Translations under genes and position numbers: made by a program | Notes under the pieces: model-generated | Told to the model about the DNA's origin: nothing | The model's input: the letters and a program-made list of their open reading frames with translations, nothing else | Databases searched by the model: none | Shown here: in pieces, positions 58,525 through 64,000 of the stretch | Layout of the letters: the number at the start of each line of letters is the position of its first letter | How positions within the stretch are numbered: position 1 is the stretch's first letter | NCBI GenBank assembly: GCA_013239625.1 | Contig: MU054338.1 | Span: forward strand, 6,116,724-6,180,723 | Length of the DNA: 64,000 nucleotides | From: Lama guanicoe | Taxonomy: Eukaryota | Reading direction: 5' to 3'

Positions 58525-58895
58525 AGAGTTATGATCTATGCCCCCCCCAAAATTCGTATGTTGACGTCTTTACCCCCAGTGCCCCAGGATGTGATTACAT
58601 TTGGAAACAGAGTCTTTAAAGAAGTAACGAAGTAAAAATAAGGTCATTAGGGTGAGCCCTAATCCACTATGACTGGTGATCCTGAGAGGAGGACATCCAG
58701 GCATAGACACACACAGAGGAAAGGCGGTGTGAGGACGCAGGGAGAAGACGGTTGCCTGCCAGGCTAGGAGAGAGGCCCCAGCAGAAACCAGCCCCGCTGA
58801 CACCTTGACTCAGGCTTGTGGCCTCCAGGAAAACAGTGCCCATTGTTGAAGCCACCCAGGCTATGGTCCCTTGTCAGGGTGGCCTAAGTGAACGA
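58525..58895 (+). mobile_element. MaLR (MLT1-type) solo LTR
   Basis: CCCCCCAAAATTCGTATGTTGA...TTTGGAAACAGAGTCTTTAAAGA...GGTCATTAGGGTGAGCCCTAATCC...GAAGCCACCCAG. Confidence 0.78.
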
Positions 58896-58981
58896 ACACA
58901 CAGGCTGCTGAGCACAGGCGGGGCTGCGGATGAAGCAGGCAGCGGGGCCTCCACTGGGCGCCGGGCCTGGGGGCACACTCA

Positions 58982-59224
<243 letters not shown>

Positions 59225-59588
59225 CTAGTCAGGGACCCCGTGGCCAGCGTTGTGTTTGGCTCTGCGTCAGCGCACTGCCTTTTCACTCAGTCTTAACCTC
59301 AGCAACCATTTCTGTGAAATCACAGAGTCACTCTGCTAACGAGACATGCACATGAAGCTTTCTCTCTGCGTGCGCTTGAACAGCTAAGTTTCTAACTGTT
59401 ACAGTGTCCATCCGGCACTGCCTGACATCAGGCCACGCAGCGCCGGGACCAACCTCCCCAGCCACGTGACACCGGATTCGGGGAAGTGCCAGGGCTTCAG
59501 TGGAACTTGTTGATGAACCCACCACACATGCTGCCTAGACAGCATTTCAAGATTAACTGAAAGCTTTCCAAAGCTTGCAAAGCTTTCT

Positions 59589-59749
59589 CTTATTATTTTT
59601 AAAATTTATTATTATTATTATTTTATTTTGGGAGAAGAGATAATTGGGCTTTTATTTACTTATTTTTAATGGAGGTACTGGGGATTGAACGCAGGACCTT
59701 GTGATTGCTAGGCACGTGCTCTACCACTGAGCTACACCCTCCCTCCTCG
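59589..59749 (-). mobile_element. tRNA-derived SINE (vic-1-like)
   Basis: Minus strand GGGAGGGTGTAGCTCAGTGGTAGAGC...GTTCAATCCCCAGTACCTCCATTAAAAAT; TSD AAGCTTTCT at 59580-59588 and 59750-59758. Confidence 0.88.
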
Positions 59750-60528
59750 AAGCTTTCTAAAACATAGGCAATTGAAGAGAAGATTGTTTCCAAGATGAAT
59801 ATAATGTTATCAAGAAAATTTGGAAATTTTCACAAGTTACACAAGTTGTGGCCATGATATGATTTCTCTGAATTACACACTGGCCTCTGGAAAGTTCCAC
59901 TGGCCACTGGATTCACCTTCACCTTTGGAATCTGATATCAGCATGGAGGTCTTGAGAGTTCTTACAAGGAAAGTTGGGGTTCGGGGTTATGACCAAACCG
60001 AGTATCAACATGTTCTCTGGTGGGAGATGTACCAGCTGCCTCTTGGGAGCTCACAGATGAGCCTGGGATGTGGGGTGACAGAGACAGAAATTTCTACTAT
60101 GAGCAGCTCTGCTTCTCGGCTGGTCCTCTGCCCTCAACATCTCAGCTCTTGTCCCTCACACTGCACAGAGCTCCACACCTGGGTCCCCTTCTGGCTTGGC
60201 CATCCCCAAACTGTGCGATTTTGAGGAATCACTGCACACTCGGTTCCCCAGTGGTACCTCCAACTCCCCTTGACTTCGGAGGCTCACAGCGCCTACTTCA
60301 GAGCTCCTGGGGAGCTCAGAAGCTAAGAGCCATGAAATGCTCCTAGCCCGCCTCCAAGCACCAGCTACCCCGCAGATGCTGACTCACCGCGCTGTTTCAT
60401 CTCCCCTGTCAGATCATGACCCTGCTCTACAAATGCGGAGAGCAAGTTGTCCAAAGACCAAGAGTAGACAGTGAGCTCGGGTCTGCCTGACGTCGGCAGC
60501 CACCCACAACCTAGGGACCCCTCCATTA

Positions 60529-60765
<237 letters not shown>

Positions 60766-61207
60766 TTACAACGTGCTTCTGACACAAGCCTCCGTGGGGC
60801 AGCTTTGCAGCCTGAGCCGGAAGACGAGCAGAAGTGCCCTGCACGCTCTGAGGTCAGGTGAGGCAGCAAATACTGACCCTGGGGCCAAGTCTGGACTTTT
60901 GGCTGCTGTGGGTCCCTACCCAAACTTCCCAAATAGGAGCCACGTCACGGCCACACCAAAGAATGAGTGGCACTGTCAGCCAGAGGCTGGTCACATGGCC
61001 CACCCTGTACACTGTGAGTTCCAGAGCCAGAAGGGAAAATGTACACTCAACAGCCTCACACAAACCAGCATCACTTACACTTTGGCTGTTTTGTGATCCC
61101 ATCTGGAATTCTTTTAAAAAGTGACTTTAAACTATTTGCATTTCATTATGTTACAGATATTTGTGATCTGACTTCTGTCATATTGTTGTACGCTGCATGT
61201 GGTTTCT

Positions 61208-61290
61208 GTTTTTATATCGTCTTACAACTCTTGCACAGTGAGCTTGGTTTTTATATCTTCTTACAACTCTTGCACAGTGAGCTTGGTTTT
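61208..61290. repeat. 39-bp tandem duplication with one mismatch
   Basis: GTTTTTATATC(G/T)TCTTACAACTCTTGCACAGTGAGCTTG at 61208-61246 and 61247-61285. Confidence 0.9.
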
Positions 61291-61999
61291 CTTAGCTTAG
61301 TGGGTTTTTTCCTATACATTTCTGGTGAATTCAGAGGACTGCATGTTTGTTCTGGTGGTTCCCTTCATACCTATGGCTCATATAATATTCTCAATCTTCT
61401 ATTTAAGAGCATCCTGTAACTCTGTACTGTAAGGAACGAGGACATTGGTATGTTAATTTTAACTGTGCTTACAGGAACAAAGGATGAGAAATAACGTAAA
61501 CGACCACTGTCAGACACAGGGGAACGTGACAGGGATGCCATGCAGCCGGATGCAGAGGACAGCAAGACACCCCGTGTGTACAGACACAGGAGCAAGGGGA
61601 AGAACATAGTGGCCCAGATACACATGTGCAAATGAAAAGGAAAACAGGTATATGTTATGCTTACTGATGCACAGAATACCTGTGGAAGACACAGGATGCT
61701 GGAAAAATTTTTTTCCAGGGAGGAGGTGGGGTGGGCTGGGGCCAGGGCACAAGAGTAAAGCGGCCTTTGTTGTAAACCAACAATTTCCTAGACACAAGAT
61801 GAACCACGTGAATGGAAGATACATCATTAAATCCCTATGAATATCAGCGAAACCTGAAGTAGATCAGTTTGGTGTTTGTGGTCCCACAATGACTGCCAGC
61901 TGGACAGCGTGGTCCAGGGAGAAGCTGGGGTACCAACAGCTTGTGCCGGCGCCACCTCGCAGGAAGCTGGCAGAGGGGGAGCTCGGCAGGGATGCCTTA

Positions 62000-62122
<123 letters not shown>

Positions 62123-62989
62123 CTACCGAAAGATCAGCCCACGTCACCTCAGGTCACCCCCGGGGACGGGCATAGGCTCCCGGGGGAGAAGACACTTTTG
62201 GAAACACTTTGGTTTTATAACCCTCATGCTTGCTTCCGATCCCGAAACGAGTCATGCCTTTTATTAGCATCTTCTTTTAGTTGCTCAGTATATGACTTCC
62301 AGACTTCCTAGCACAGTATCCTGCCACTGCTTTTTGAGGATATCTCAGTATTCTGTACTTGTCTTGCTGCTGGTAGATTCCACCTGCACCAGCTCCCCTT
62401 ACACAATGTACACTACTAAATCAGTTTTTCACTTGAATTTCCTAGGTATCAAACATTTTATAGGCAACCTTCAATATTTATTGCTCTTGATTTACTTCCA
62501 GCTTTACTGACATGGCCAAAATGTCTAAAATATGTCAAAGAATACTGGAGACAACAAGAATCATTGTTTACTAAGAGGTTTTCTATAAACTTATAAATTA
62601 AGTATGAGCGTTATACTTCATTAAAGGGATTTTTTGCCATTTACAGAGCAGATAATAAAGGGGATTTGGTGTGACTGATAAAATACACTCACATACATTT
62701 CCCAATATTAAAGATATTAAACCATCTTTGTATTCCTGTATAAATCACACAAAATGTGTGTGTTAATGGAACTGCTATAAAACTTTTTAAAAAATCAATA
62801 ATTAATCTGTTAAATTATTTCAATCAAAACCCAGTGGGATTTCCCTTGGAGCATACAAAATGATTTTATAGATCATCTGGAATAATGAACAGGTGAGGAC
62901 AGCACAAACATTATGGCAAAAAAAAAAAAAAAACACCTGGTAAAGACTTATCCTGGTTGATATTACATTGTCAGGAGTTAAAACAGGGG

Positions 62990-64000
62990 TAAGAATCCTG
63001 GCTAAGTCCTAGTGAGGAGGTCAGCAAATTTTCCCCTAGAAAGTGACCTTAAAGCTGGATAAAAATGGCACAGACAAGCATTTCAGAGCTCCAGGAGTCT
63101 GAGAAGCATTAATGCCTAAAAAACCGCTGAGCTCTGGGTAAGAAGAGTAGGAGTCTGCAGCGTTCTCACTTGGGGGTGCTTTCACCTCCCCAACCCCCAG
63201 CTCCAACATGAAGGCTGCACTGGGGTGGGGAGGCCACAAGGCCTGGCAGCTGAGGCTCCTGGGGACCTAGTCATGTTGCAGCAGTGGGTGATGCCCGGGC
63301 CAGCAGCACTGTCAGTGGAGGTGAGGACCTCAGCCACAGGCAGGGAAAGCATATTACTGGCTGAGGCTGTGCATGTGTACAGAAGAAATGAGAAAGGGCC
63401 CAGCAGAAAGTAAAAGCGAGGGTTGACTTGAAAATGGCCCAGACTTGGAACATTTTCTTCACACACACCGATCCACTGCAGGAGACAGAAGCCTTGCTGG
63501 CTCCAGATATCTGAGTACAATCTCTGCCCAGTCGTTGGATGACTACTTAGTTATGAAGAGACACAGCCCATTCCTAAAGAACCAGGATTAACGATGAAAA
63601 TGAGAAAAAAACAGAAACAATCAACTGAGCAGAGATACCAAAAGCAGCACACATCCAGGGGAAACAATTCTATCCAGAGATTCAGCCTAGATAATCTACT
63701 AAACAAATAAAAACACCAAAAGGAACCCACAGGACTGGAGGTCAGAATCCAGAGTGGCTAAAATAGGCTTCCACTAAACATTATAAGACAAGCGAAAAAG
63801 AAGGAGAGTATGATTCAAACTCAGGGGAAAAAGCAGTCAGTTGAGCTTGTCTCTGTTCCCAGATGGTGGACTTAACGTACAATCTTCCAAGCAGCTATTA
63901 CTATAAATATGTTCAAAGCTACAGTACATATAATTCAAAGAAATAAATGAAACCATCCTAAAGGAGAATAAATCAACAAATACAGAATCTCAACAGAGGA
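62990..64000 (+). mobile_element. Ancient L1 5'-UTR/ORF1 fragment
   Basis: CCAAGCAGCTATTACTATAAATATGTTCAAAG...GAATCTCAACAGAG is ORF1-like and similar to 16170-16400. Confidence 0.5.

Overview
Mammalian genomic DNA, probably a camelid, judged from a recurring tRNA-derived SINE resembling the camelid vic-1 type. The minus strand carries the 3' part of SMARCA4/BRG1, with 22 distinct coding exons from 62122 down to the stop at 17284. All have GT-AG boundaries and chain in frame; they correspond to human exons 14-35 (numbering and human comparisons are from recall). A repeat-rich intergenic spacer of about 16 kb follows, then the LDLR proximal promoter (repeats 1/2/3, SRE-1), LDLR coding exon 1 (901-835) and the CpG-rich start of intron 1. 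I see no wholly new biological system. The main anomalies are: (1) a perfect 422-bp tandem duplication containing a whole in-frame SMARCA4 ATPase exon, most likely an assembly artefact but important if real; (2) an extra tandem copy of the LDLR Sp1 'repeat 1' and an altered SIRE/CRE; (3) a non-canonical TG acceptor adding TLK; (4) a degenerate counterpart of the human 32-aa cassette exon with a possible new in-frame donor; (5) an in-frame upstream extension that could give a short AT-hook/bromodomain isoform; and (6) several unusual retroposition scars. Repeat boundaries are approximate and family names come from visual recognition only.
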